A stretch of DNA of 64,000 nt from the NCBI GenBank assembly GCA_016716005.1, contig JADJXE010000001.1:3440521-3504520 (forward strand), given 5' to 3'. The DNA is from Acidimicrobiales bacterium. GTDB lineage: Bacteria > Actinomycetota > Acidimicrobiia > Acidimicrobiales > JADJXE01. Positions 44,072-52,716 of this stretch are shown in pieces; within the stretch, counting starts at the first letter, position 1; each line of letters opens with the position of its first letter. The notes beneath the pieces are model-generated. The model was not told the DNA's origin. It did no database searches and saw nothing but the letters and a program-made list of their open reading frames with translations. The position numbers and the translations under genes were made by a program.

Positions 44072-45328
44072 ATGGATCCCACCTACTCGGCCGAAGCCGA
44101 GGCGTATCGCCAGCAGGTCCGCGCCTTCCTCGCCGCGAACCTCCCTGCGGACTGGAAGGGCATCGGCGCCCTCGAGGGTGAGGAGGTGCACCAGTTCGAG
44201 AAGGCCTGGCGCCAGACCCTCTACGACAACCACCTGCTCGCGGTGAACTGGCCGAAGGAGTACGGCGGCGCCGGGTTCACCCCGTTGGAGCAGGTGGTGC
44301 TGTCCGAGGAGTTCACCCGGGCGGGCGCGCCCCTGGGGGTCGCCAACGACGTCTTCAGCATCCAGATGGTCGGCAACACCATCATCGAGTGGGGCACCGA
44401 GGAGCAGAAGCACCACTACCTGCCCCGGATCCTCTCGGGCGACGACGTGTGGTGCCAGGGCTACTCCGAGCCCAACGCCGGCTCCGACCTGGCCAACCTG
44501 GGTTGCCGGGCGGTGCTCGACGGCGACGAGTGGGTGCTCAACGGCCAGAAGATCTGGACGTCGGCCGGCCACCTGGCCAACTGGATCTTCGTGCTGGCCC
44601 GCACCGATCCCGACGCGCCGAAGCACAAGGGGATCAGCTTCCTGCTCGTGCCGATGGACCAGCCCGGTGTCGAGGTCCGGCCGATCAAGATGATCTCCGG
44701 CGAGTCGGAGTTCAACGAGGTGTTCTTCACCGACGCCCGCTGCCCGAAGGACAACGTCCTCGGTGGCGTCGGCAGCGGCTGGGGCGTGGCCATGACGCTG
44801 CTCGGCTACGAGCGCGGCGAGGCCGCTGCGACCCTCCCGATCCGGTTCCGCACCGAGCTCGACCGCCTGCTCGAGCTGGCCCGCGAGACCGGCAGGGCCG
44901 ACGACCCGCTGGTGCGCCAGCGGCTGGCCTGGTGCCACACCAAGGTCGAGATCATGCGGTACAACGGCATGCGCGCCCTCACCCGCTTCATCGCCGGCCA
45001 GCACCCGGGGCCCGACGCGGCCATCTCCAAGCTGTACTGGAGCGAGTACCACCGCCAGGTCACCGAGCTCGCCGTCGACATCCTGGGCCTCGACGCCCTC
45101 GTGCCCTCGGGCCGGAGGCCGTCCAGCGCGTTCCAGACCGACGACCCGGGTGCGCCCAACTCGACGGCGTCGTGGAGCACCGTGTTCCTCAACGCCCGAG
45201 CCGGCACCATCTACGCCGGCACCAGCCAGGTGCAGCGCAACATCATCGGTGAGATGGTCCTCGGTCTCCCCAAGGAGCCGAAGGCCGACAGCGGTCCGTG
45301 GAAGGACCTGCAGAAGGCCAGGGTCTAG
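44072..45328 (+). CDS. acyl-CoA dehydrogenase family protein
   Basis: 418 aa. WCQGYSEPNAGSDL, LNGQKIWTS and a C-terminal ...GTSQVQRNIIGE. Confidence 0.9.
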   Translation: MDPTYSAEAEAYRQQVRAFLAANLPADWKGIGALEGEEVHQFEKAWRQTLYDNHLLAVNWPKEYGGAGFTPLEQVVLSEEFTRAGAPLGVANDVFSIQMVGNTIIEWGTEEQKHHYLPRILSGDDVWCQGYSEPNAGSDLANLGCRAVLDGDEWVLNGQKIWTSAGHLANWIFVLARTDPDAPKHKGISFLLVPMDQPGVEVRPIKMISGESEFNEVFFTDARCPKDNVLGGVGSGWGVAMTLLGYERGEAAATLPIRFRTELDRLLELARETGRADDPLVRQRLAWCHTKVEIMRYNGMRALTRFIAGQHPGPDAAISKLYWSEYHRQVTELAVDILGLDALVPSGRRPSSAFQTDDPGAPNSTASWSTVFLNARAGTIYAGTSQVQRNIIGEMVLGLPKEPKADSGPWKDLQKARV

Positions 45329-45334
45329 CCGGCG

Positions 45335-45631
45335 GTGGTGACCGGTCCGACCGAAGGCGCCGGGTCGCCGGCACCGCCGGCCCGGGCATGGGTCGGGCCG
45401 GCGGTCGTGGCCGTCCTGGCCCGGCCCCGGCTCTGGGGCACCGCCGTCGTCGAGCTGGCACGGCTCGCGCCACGGGGCTGGTGGCGCCGAACCCCCCACC
45501 TCCCCCTGCCCGACCCGGCCTACCTGGCGTTCCGCATGCAGACCGCCTACGGGTCGACCGGCCGTCCTCCCCGTCCCGCCGACGTCGTGACCTGGCTCGG
45601 CTGGTGCCGCCAGCTGCGCGACCTGGACTGA
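45335..45631 (+). CDS. hypothetical protein
   Basis: GTG 45335 lies 6 nt after the upstream stop. 98 aa. No family recognised; supported only by position and non-repetitive sequence. Confidence 0.4.
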   Translation: MVTGPTEGAGSPAPPARAWVGPAVVAVLARPRLWGTAVVELARLAPRGWWRRTPHLPLPDPAYLAFRMQTAYGSTGRPPRPADVVTWLGWCRQLRDLD

Positions 45632-45650
45632 GCGCGAGGGTTCCGGCGAG

Positions 45651-46175
45651 GTGACCACCGGCCGGGCGCTCGTCCTCAACGCCACCTTCGAGGCGCTGAG
45701 CATCGTGTCGAGCCGCCGCGCCGTGTGCCTGGTCCTCGACGACAAGGCCGAGGTCCTCCATGCCTCCGACCGCCTGGTGCGCTCGGAGCGGCTGGCGATG
45801 GCGGTGCCGTCCGTGGTGCGCCTCCGCTCCTACGTGCGCGTGCCCTTCGAGCGGCGCGCCACCTTGAACCGCCGTGCGGTCTTCGCCCGCGACGGGCACC
45901 GCTGCCAGTACTGCGGGGGACCGGCCGAGAGCATCGACCACGTGGTGCCCCGGAGCCGGGGTGGCGGCCACGTCTGGGAGAACGTGGTCGCGGCCTGCCG
46001 GCCCTGCAACCTGCACAAGCGTGACCGCTCGCCCGAGGAGAGCGGGATGCGGCTGCGACGCCCACCGGCGGCCCCCCGCGGGGCGGCCTGGGTCGCGGCG
46101 GCCGTCGGCCGGGTGCCCGACCTGTGGACCCCCTACCTGGGCGCGCCGGTCGCGGGGCTCGAGCCGGTGCCGTGA
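45651..46175 (+). CDS. HNH endonuclease
   Basis: 174 aa. DGHRCQYCG...[11 protein letters not shown]...[15 protein letters not shown]. Confidence 0.85.
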   Translation: MTTGRALVLNATFEALSIVSSRRAVCLVLDDKAEVLHASDRLVRSERLAMAVPSVVRLRSYVRVPFERRATLNRRAVFARDGHRCQYCGGPAESIDHVVPRSRGGGHVWENVVAACRPCNLHKRDRSPEESGMRLRRPPAAPRGAAWVAAAVGRVPDLWTPYLGAPVAGLEPVP

Positions 46176-46876
46176 CGCCTCCGGTCGTCGCGCGGGCCGG
46201 CGCGTGGCCGGTGGAGCGGGCTGCCGGGAGCGCGGCCGCCTTCCACGACCGACCCCTCCCGGATCCGCCGGCCCGAGCGGTCTGGGTGCTCGACGTCGAC
46301 GGTCCGGCACTCGTCCTCGGCAGCGGCCAGGACCCGGCGGTCGTCGACGCGGACGCGGCGCGTCGGGGCGGCGTGACGGTGGTGCGCCGGCGCAGCGGGG
46401 GCGGGGCCGTCCTGCTCGAACCTGGTGAGGCCCTGTGGGTCGACGTCGTGGTTCCCCCGGGTGATCCCTGCTGGGACGACGACGTCGGCCGGGCCTTCCA
46501 TTGGTTGGGCGACGCCTGGGCCGCCGCCCTCGCCGGCCTGGGGGTGGCGGCGACGGTGCACCGTGGCCCCCTGGTGCGGACCGGCTGGTCGTCGACGGTC
46601 TGCTTCGCCGGTCTGGGTTCCGGGGAGGTCACGGTCGACGGCCGCAAGCTCGTGGGGATGTCGCAGCGCCGGACGCGCCGCGGGGCCCGGTTCCAGTGCG
46701 TCGTGCCGCGGCGTTGGCGACCCGAGCGCCTCCTCGCCCTGCTGGTCGGCCCCGGCCCGGCCGGCCGGCCCGCCGAGGGGCTCCGGGCCGCCGCCGTCGG
46801 GCTCGACGATCTGCAGGGGTCGCCCACGCTGGCCGCCCTCCGGGAGGCCGTGCTCGTCGAGCTGGCCAAGCGCTGA
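46172..46876 (+). CDS. biotin/lipoate A/B protein ligase family protein (LplA/LipB-like)
   Basis: GTG 46172 overlaps the HNH stop (GTGA). [17 protein letters not shown] and [11 protein letters not shown] (candidate catalytic Lys). Confidence 0.7.
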   Translation: MTPPVVARAGAWPVERAAGSAAAFHDRPLPDPPARAVWVLDVDGPALVLGSGQDPAVVDADAARRGGVTVVRRRSGGGAVLLEPGEALWVDVVVPPGDPCWDDDVGRAFHWLGDAWAAALAGLGVAATVHRGPLVRTGWSSTVCFAGLGSGEVTVDGRKLVGMSQRRTRRGARFQCVVPRRWRPERLLALLVGPGPAGRPAEGLRAAAVGLDDLQGSPTLAALREAVLVELAKR

Positions 46877-46902
46877 CGCGGCGGGCCCCGCCCGCTCGCT
46901 CC

Positions 46903-47131
46903 GTCGGTCTTCGTCGCGCTGGCGACGTGTGGGGTGGGTCGGGCGCGCGTCGGAGGGTGGCCCGTCGGTCTTCGTCGCGCTGGCGACGTGTGGGGTGGGT
47001 CGGGCGCGCGTCGGAGGGTGGCCCGTCGGTCTTCGTCGCGCTGGCGACGTGTGGGGTGGGTCGGGCGCGCGTCGGAGGGTGGCCGGTCGGTCTTCGTCGC
47101 GCTGGCGACGTGTGGGGTGGGTCGGGCGCGA
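46903..47131. repeat. 61-bp direct tandem repeat, ~3.7 copies
   Basis: Unit gtcggtcttcgtcgcgctggcgacgtgtggggtgggtcgggcgcgcgtcggagggtggccc at 46903, 46964 (identical), 47025 (1 mismatch) and 47086 (first ~45 nt). Confidence 0.95.
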
Positions 47132-47165
47132 CGGTGGGGGTCGGTGGTGGGTCCGGGGGGAGAAA

Positions 47166-47211
47166 GTGGTTGACAGTGGGGGTATCCACCCATAGGGTGG
47201 GGCGAAGTGGG
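47166..47211 (+). promoter_or_regulatory. predicted Pmra promoter (-35 TTGACA 47170-75, -10 TAGGGT 47193-98) with flanking GTGG(G) MraZ-box-like direct repeats
   Basis: Perfect TTGACA, a 17-nt spacer, then TAGGGT (TAnnnT). GTGG(G) occurs at 47166, 47176, 47197 and 47207 (spacing 10/21/10). It lies ~70 nt upstream of the mraZ start. Confidence 0.6.
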
Positions 47212-47276
47212 GAACCGGACGGCCGGGTCGCCACGGGGTGCAGGCGAGTCCGAGGGGCTCGGGAGAGGCGTACGGG

Positions 47277-47693
47277 GTGTTCGTCGGGACCTTCGAGCAC
47301 GCGCTCGACGGCAAGGGGCGTGTGGTCCTACCGGCATCGTTCCGCGCCCGACTCGAGCACGGCGGGTACGTCACCAAGCGCCTCGATGGCTGCCTGGCGG
47401 TGTGGACGCCCGACGAGTTCGAGCGGGAGGCGCAGGAGATGCTCGAGAAGGAGAGGCGAGGTGAGATCGCCCGCAACGTCGTGCGGTCATTCTCCGCCGG
47501 CGCCGCCCCCATCCGCCCCGACGCCCAGGGCCGCATCGCCCTCCCGCAGAACCTCCGGGAGTTCGCCGGCCTCGAGCGCGACGTGGCCGTGATCGGCCAC
47601 TTCACCAGCATCGAGATCTGGGATGCCTCTCGCTGGCGCGAGGTCGACCAGGAGGGCGAGGCCCTGCTGGCCGGTGGCGCGCCGGCGGTATGA
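47277..47693 (+). CDS. mraZ: transcriptional regulator MraZ
   Basis: GTG 47277 lies 8 nt after gggagagg. VFVGTFEHALDGKGRVVLP and PDAQGRIALP are the two MraZ/SpoVT-AbrB repeats (DxxGR). Confidence 0.9.
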   Translation: MFVGTFEHALDGKGRVVLPASFRARLEHGGYVTKRLDGCLAVWTPDEFEREAQEMLEKERRGEIARNVVRSFSAGAAPIRPDAQGRIALPQNLREFAGLERDVAVIGHFTSIEIWDASRWREVDQEGEALLAGGAPAV

Positions 47694-47784
47694 GGCCACG
47701 ACGGTCGAGACCCGGAAGGAGGACGAGCAGGTCGAGCCCGAAGAGCTAGTGCCCTGGGTGCAGGGCGTCGCTCATCCGCAGTCT

Positions 47785-47871
47785 CCCGGTCGGCAAGATG
47801 GAATGCCCCTACTCCGCCCGCTTCCGTCTCGCACGATCGGGGAGAAATCCCGACGGCACCTGCCGACCGGG
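47785..47871 (+). promoter_or_regulatory. structured RNA candidate in the mraZ-rsmH spacer (possible mraW-motif-like leader)
   Basis: An 11-bp perfect stem pairs cccggtcggca (47785-95) with tgccgaccggg (47861-71). It encloses the hairpin tcgggg-agaaa-tcccga (47837-53). The 225-bp spacer is unusually long for this otherwise overlapping operon. Confidence 0.35.
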
Positions 47872-47918
47872 GGACTGCCGGTGAGCGACGCCGCACGCAC
47901 CCGGTCGCCGGGGGCACC

Positions 47919-48923
47919 GTGAGCCAGGACCTGGCTGGCGACGCCTTCTTGCACCGGCCCGTCATGGTCGAGCGAGTGGTCGAGCTGCTCGCTGCGGTGC
48001 CACCGGGCGTCGTGGTCGATGCCACCGTGGGTGGCGGGGGCCACGCCCTCGCCCTGCTCACCGCTCACCCTCACCTCCGGGTGGTGGGGCTCGACCGGGA
48101 CCCCGACGCCCTCGCGGCGGCACGGGCGACGCTCGCCCCCTTCGGTGAACGGGTCACGCTCCGCCACACCCGGTTCGACCGCCTCGGCGCAACCATGCAC
48201 GATCTCGGCGTCGACTCCCTCTCCGGTGCGCTGTTCGACCTGGGTGTCAGCTCACCGCAGCTCGACCGACCCGAGCGGGGCTTCAGCTACCGGGTCGACG
48301 GTCCGCTCGACATGCGGATGGATCCGGGGCAGCGGTTCACGGCGGCCGAGCTCGTGAACGGGGCGCCCGTGGCCGAGCTCGCCCGCATCCTTCGGACGTA
48401 CGGCGACGAGCGCTTCGGGGCCAGGATCGCCCGGGCCATCGTGGCCGCTCGCCCGCTGCACACCACCACCGAGCTGGCCCGGGTGGTGGTGGACGCCATC
48501 CCGGCGCCGGCCCGGCGGCGCGGCGGCCACCCGGCCACGCGCACCTTCCAGGCGCTGCGGATCGCCGTCAACGAGGAGCTCGACGTGCTGCCGGCGGCGC
48601 TCGACCAGGCCCTCGACCTGCTCGGTCCCGGCGGGCGATGCCTCGTTCTCGCCTACCACTCGGGTGAGGACCGCATCGTGAAGGAGAGGTTCCGGCGGGC
48701 GGCCACGGGGGGATGCGCCTGCCCGCCCCGCCTGCCGTGTAGGTGTGGTGCGGTGCCGACGGTCCGCTTGCTGCGTGCCGGGGCGTGGCGGCCCTCGCCC
48801 GAGGAGCTGGCCGCCAACCCCCGTGCGTCGAGCGCGCGCCTCCGCGCCGTCGAGCGTCTGCGGCCGGTTCCGGGGCCGGGGCCCGGGCCGGGGCCCGGCC
48901 CACAGGGCGACGAGGCGGCATGA
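47919..48923 (+). CDS. rsmH: 16S rRNA (cytosine1402-N4)-methyltransferase
   Basis: 334 aa. HRPVM, DATVGGGGHA, DLGVSSPQLD and SGEDRIVK. The C-terminal tail has a PGPGPGPGPGP run. Confidence 0.95.
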   Translation: MSQDLAGDAFLHRPVMVERVVELLAAVPPGVVVDATVGGGGHALALLTAHPHLRVVGLDRDPDALAAARATLAPFGERVTLRHTRFDRLGATMHDLGVDSLSGALFDLGVSSPQLDRPERGFSYRVDGPLDMRMDPGQRFTAAELVNGAPVAELARILRTYGDERFGARIARAIVAARPLHTTTELARVVVDAIPAPARRRGGHPATRTFQALRIAVNEELDVLPAALDQALDLLGPGGRCLVLAYHSGEDRIVKERFRRAATGGCACPPRLPCRCGAVPTVRLLRAGAWRPSPEELAANPRASSARLRAVERLRPVPGPGPGPGPGPQGDEAA

Positions 48924-49420
48924 GCCCCCCCGCGGTGGCCCCCACGGGTCGAGCCGGCCGGGTCGCTCCGGAGCACGCGCCGCGCCGCCGTCCCCCCCTC
49001 CGGGTGGTCGAGCGCCCCGAGCGCTCGCCGCGCGCTCGTCGGCGCCGCGCCGCTGCGGTGGGCGTGTTGGCCGCCCTGCTGGTGTTCGGGGCGCTGTTCG
49101 GCATGACGGTGTTCCAGACGATCCTCGTGCAGGGCCAGGCCCGCCTCGACCGGCTCGATCAACGCATCGCCGCCGAGCAGCAGCGCCTCGAGGGGCTCCG
49201 CGTGGACGTCGCGGCCCTCGAAGCGCCGGAGCGGATCGTGGCCGAGGCCGAGCGGCGCCTTGGCATGGTGCCGCCGGACGAGGTCGTCTACGTGTCGCCG
49301 CCCGCCGAGCTGGCCGCCGAGCTGGGGGTCGACCCGGCAGGTCGCGCCCTGTCGAGCGGGACCGGCGAGCAGGTGGACGAGTGGAGCCAGGTGAAGCCCT
49401 ACCTCGGCTCGCGGCCGTGA
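48920..49420 (+). CDS. ftsL: cell division protein FtsL-like
   Basis: ATG 48920 overlaps the rsmH stop (ATGA). A basic N-terminus, a single TM segment (AVGVLAALLVFGALFGMTVF), then a coiled coil. It sits in the canonical position between rsmH and ftsI. Confidence 0.7.
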   Translation: MSPPAVAPTGRAGRVAPEHAPRRRPPLRVVERPERSPRARRRRAAAVGVLAALLVFGALFGMTVFQTILVQGQARLDRLDQRIAAEQQRLEGLRVDVAALEAPERIVAEAERRLGMVPPDEVVYVSPPAELAAELGVDPAGRALSSGTGEQVDEWSQVKPYLGSRP

Positions 49421-51309
49421 CCACCCTCGCCCCGCCCCGGCCGCCCTCCCGGCGCGTCGCCGACCGCTCGACCCATCCCTCCGCCCGCACCCGCAGCGTC
49501 GTCGCCCCACCGCCCTCCCGGCCCTCGCCCCGGGCCCCGAGGGCCGGCAACCCCCGCCGGCGGCTCGGCGTGCTCCTGTTGGGCACGTGCCTCGCGTTCG
49601 CGGCGGTGGCCGCCCGCCTCGTCGTGGTCCAGGGGGTCGAGGGTGAGCGCTACGCCGCCTTCGGCGCGTCGCAGCGCATCCGGGCGGTGGAGCTCCCGGC
49701 CGAACGCGGCTCGATCTTCGATCGCAACGGCGTCGAGCTGGCCATGACGGTCAGCCGTCGCACGGTCTGGGCCGACCCGCGGCTCGTCGAGGATCCCCAG
49801 GGCACGGCCGCGGCCCTGGCACCGGTGCTCGGGATGCTGCCGGTCGAGCTCCTCGAGCCGCTCACCCGGGACGCCGAGTTCGTGTATCTGGCCCGCAAGG
49901 TCGACGACGCCGTGGCCGAGCAGGTCGACGACCTCGACCTCCCGGGCGTGTCGCTGCTCGACGAGTCGGCGCGCGACTACCCGGCCGGAGACCTGGCCCG
50001 GTCGGTGCTCGGTGCCGTCGACGTGGACAACATCGGGATCTCCGGGCTCGAGCTGGCCGAGGACGAGGGTCTCACCGGGACCCCCGGGCAGCTCGTACGC
50101 GAGCGCGATCCGCAGGGCCGGACGATCCCCTCCGGCCGCCAGCAGATCGAGCCCGCGGTGCGGGGGGACGATCTGGTTCTCACCCTCGATCGGTCGCTCC
50201 AGTACGAGGCGGAGCGCGCGCTGGCCGCGCAGGTCACGGCCACCGGCGCGAGGGGCGGGCTCGCCGTCGTGATGCGGCCCTCCACCGGCGAGGTGCTCGC
50301 GCTGGCCACGATCGCCACGCCGGACGACGGTGAGGGCCCACCCGTGCGCACGGCGGCGAACACCGCCGTCACCAGCGTGTTCGAGCCCGGCTCCGTGAAC
50401 AAGGTGATCACGGTGGCCGGCGCCCTCGAGGAGGGGCTCGTCCGGCCGGACACCTTCTTCTACGTGCCCTCCTTCCTCCAGGTGGCGGACGAGGAGTTCA
50501 CCGACAACGAGGCCCACGGCGCCGAGTCGTGGTCGGTCCGCGACATCCTGGTCCGCTCGTCCAACATCGGCACGATCCTCATCGCCCAGCAGCTGGGCCG
50601 CGAACGGATCGATCGGTACCTGCGCGACTTCGGGCTCGGGAGCCAGACCGCGCTGGCCTTCCCGGGGGAGTCGGCTGGCATCATGCTCCGCCCCGAGGAC
50701 TGGTCGGGTACGTCGATCGGCACCGTGCCCATCGGGCAGGGCATCTCCGTGACCGCGCTGCAGATGCTCACGGCCTTCAACGTCATCGCCAACGGCGGCG
50801 TGTACGTGCCGCCGCGCCTCGTGCTGGCGACCGTGGACGGCCAGGGCGTCGAGCACCGGGTCCCCGCCGACGCCGGGCGGCGGGTCGTGTCCGAGGCCAC
50901 CGCCGAGGCCGTGACGTCGATGATGGCCGGCGTCGTGGGCTCCGAGGAGGGCACGGGCCGCCGCGCCGCGATCGACGGCTACGCCGTCGCGGGAAAGACG
51001 GGGACGGCGCGCAAGCCCATCGAGGGCGGCGTCGGGTACCGGGTGGGCGCGTACATGTCGGTCTTCGCCGGCTTCGTGCCGGCAGGCGACCCGCAGGTGT
51101 CGATCATCGTCGTCGTCGACGAGCCGCAGACGTCGATCTACGGCGGCGTCGTGGCCGCGCCCGTGTTCGCCGACCTCGGGCGCTACGCCCTCCGGCTGCT
51201 CCGGGTGCCGCCCGCGGAAGCGTCGAGCCCGTCGCAGGGCGATCCCGTCGCCGGCACGGGCACGGTGGCCCAGCCGTCGTCCCCCGCATCGTCGGCTCCG
51301 CCCGACTGA
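49417..51309 (+). CDS. ftsI: class B penicillin-binding protein (FtsI/PbpB)
   Basis: GTG 49417 overlaps the ftsL stop. TM anchor. Transpeptidase motifs SVNK (SxxK), SSN and KTGTA. Confidence 0.9.
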   Translation: MTTLAPPRPPSRRVADRSTHPSARTRSVVAPPPSRPSPRAPRAGNPRRRLGVLLLGTCLAFAAVAARLVVVQGVEGERYAAFGASQRIRAVELPAERGSIFDRNGVELAMTVSRRTVWADPRLVEDPQGTAAALAPVLGMLPVELLEPLTRDAEFVYLARKVDDAVAEQVDDLDLPGVSLLDESARDYPAGDLARSVLGAVDVDNIGISGLELAEDEGLTGTPGQLVRERDPQGRTIPSGRQQIEPAVRGDDLVLTLDRSLQYEAERALAAQVTATGARGGLAVVMRPSTGEVLALATIATPDDGEGPPVRTAANTAVTSVFEPGSVNKVITVAGALEEGLVRPDTFFYVPSFLQVADEEFTDNEAHGAESWSVRDILVRSSNIGTILIAQQLGRERIDRYLRDFGLGSQTALAFPGESAGIMLRPEDWSGTSIGTVPIGQGISVTALQMLTAFNVIANGGVYVPPRLVLATVDGQGVEHRVPADAGRRVVSEATAEAVTSMMAGVVGSEEGTGRRAAIDGYAVAGKTGTARKPIEGGVGYRVGAYMSVFAGFVPAGDPQVSIIVVVDEPQTSIYGGVVAAPVFADLGRYALRLLRVPPAEASSPSQGDPVAGTGTVAQPSSPASSAPPD

Positions 51310-52716
51310 GTGCCGGTGCGCCTCCGCGACCTGCTGGCCGGCGTCGACGCCCGGGTGGAGGGCGATGCCGACGTCGACGTGGCCGGGGTGACCCACGATT
51401 CCCGGGCCGTCGGCCCCGGGGACCTGTTCTGCTGCCTCCCGGGGGAGCACCACGACGGGCACGACTTCGCCCCGGCGGCGCTGGAGCGGGGAGCGGTGGC
51501 CCTCCTCTGCGAGCGGCACCTGGCCCTCGACGTGACCCAGGTGATCGCCGCGTCGGCGCGGGAGTCGATGGCGCCGATCGCGGCCACGCTGCACGGCGAC
51601 CCGTCGCGCTCGCTCACGGTCGTGGGTGTGACGGGCACGAACGGCAAGACCACCACGACGCACCTGCTGGCGGCCGTCCTCGAGGCCAACGGCTGGCCGA
51701 CGGCCGTGCTGGGCACGCTCTCCGGCGCGCGCACCACCCCGGAGGCCACCGAGCTGCAGGCCCTGCTGGCCGACATGCGCGACGGGGGCCGGCGGGCCGT
51801 GGCCATGGAGGTCAGCTCGCACGCCCTGGCCCTGCACCGGGTGGACGCGACCTGGTTCGAGGCGGCCGTGTTCACCAACCTGGGGCGGGACCACCTCGAC
51901 TTCCACGGCAACGTCGAGCGCTACTTCGCGGCCAAGGCCAGCCTGTTCGAGCCCGAGCGGACCGCCGTCGGCGTGGTGAACCTCGACGACCCCTACGGGC
52001 GGCTGCTGCTCGACGCGGCCCGGGTGCCCACGGTCGGGTACGCACTGGCGGACGCGGGCGACGTCGTGGTGCACGCGTCGGAGAACGTGTTCACCTGGTC
52101 CGGTCGGCGGCTGCACGTGCCGCTCGGCGGGCGGTTCAACCTGCACAACGCCCTCGCCGCGGCCACGACCGCCCGAGAGCTGGGGGTGGGTCTCGACGCC
52201 ATCGAGGCGGGCCTGGCCGCGGTCACGCCGGTGCCGGGGCGCTTCGAGCCCGTCGATGCCGGTCAGCCGTTCCGCGTGATCGTCGACTACGCCCACACGC
52301 CCGACGGCATGGAGGGGTTGCTCCGGTCGGCCCGTGAAGTTGCCGCCGGCGGCCGGGTGCTGGTGGTCTTCGGGTGTGGTGGCGACCGGGATCGGGAGAA
52401 GCGGCCGGCCATGGGGGCCGTGGCCGAGCGGTTCGCCGACCTGGTCGTGCTCACCAGCGACAACCCGAGGAGCGAGGAACCCGCAGCCATCATCGAGGCC
52501 GTGCGAGCCGGCATGGACCGGCGCCAGCGGGCCCTCGTCGAGCCCGACCGGAGGGCCGCCATCTCCCTGGCCGTGCGCGCCGCCCGACCCGGGGACGTGG
52601 TGGTGATCGCGGGCAAGGGCCACGAGAGCACGCAGGTCACCGGCGACGTGGTGGCGCCCTTCGACGACCGGGTCGTGGCTCGGCAGGCGATCGCGGCTCT
52701 GGAGTCGCCGGCGTGA
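51310..52716 (+). CDS. murE: UDP-MurNAc-L-Ala-D-Glu:meso-DAP ligase
   Basis: 468 aa. GVTGTNGKTTT, plus the DNPR motif (TSDNPRSEEP) associated with meso-DAP specificity. Confidence 0.95.
   Translation: MPVRLRDLLAGVDARVEGDADVDVAGVTHDSRAVGPGDLFCCLPGEHHDGHDFAPAALERGAVALLCERHLALDVTQVIAASARESMAPIAATLHGDPSRSLTVVGVTGTNGKTTTTHLLAAVLEANGWPTAVLGTLSGARTTPEATELQALLADMRDGGRRAVAMEVSSHALALHRVDATWFEAAVFTNLGRDHLDFHGNVERYFAAKASLFEPERTAVGVVNLDDPYGRLLLDAARVPTVGYALADAGDVVVHASENVFTWSGRRLHVPLGGRFNLHNALAAATTARELGVGLDAIEAGLAAVTPVPGRFEPVDAGQPFRVIVDYAHTPDGMEGLLRSAREVAAGGRVLVVFGCGGDRDREKRPAMGAVAERFADLVVLTSDNPRSEEPAAIIEAVRAGMDRRQRALVEPDRRAAISLAVRAARPGDVVVIAGKGHESTQVTGDVVAPFDDRVVARQAIAALESPA

Noticed and set aside
45651-46175. 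HNH endonuclease as part of a restriction or defence system.
   Set aside because: There is no adjacent methyltransferase, helicase, ATPase or other defence partner. The neighbours are housekeeping-type genes, and the small stand-alone HNH looks like the conserved actinobacterial type.
46903-47131. Possible CRISPR array.
   Set aside because: The repeats are directly contiguous with no unique spacers, and there are no cas genes in the window.
46629-47337. Minus-strand ORFs with repeated peptide blocks (PTHPTRRQRDEDR...PPHTSPARRRPTGHPPTRAR) that look like a repeat protein.
   Set aside because: The periodicity simply reflects translation of the 61-bp (non-multiple-of-3) DNA tandem repeat through rotating frames. 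There is no start or RBS context, and the ORFs overlap the mraZ promoter.
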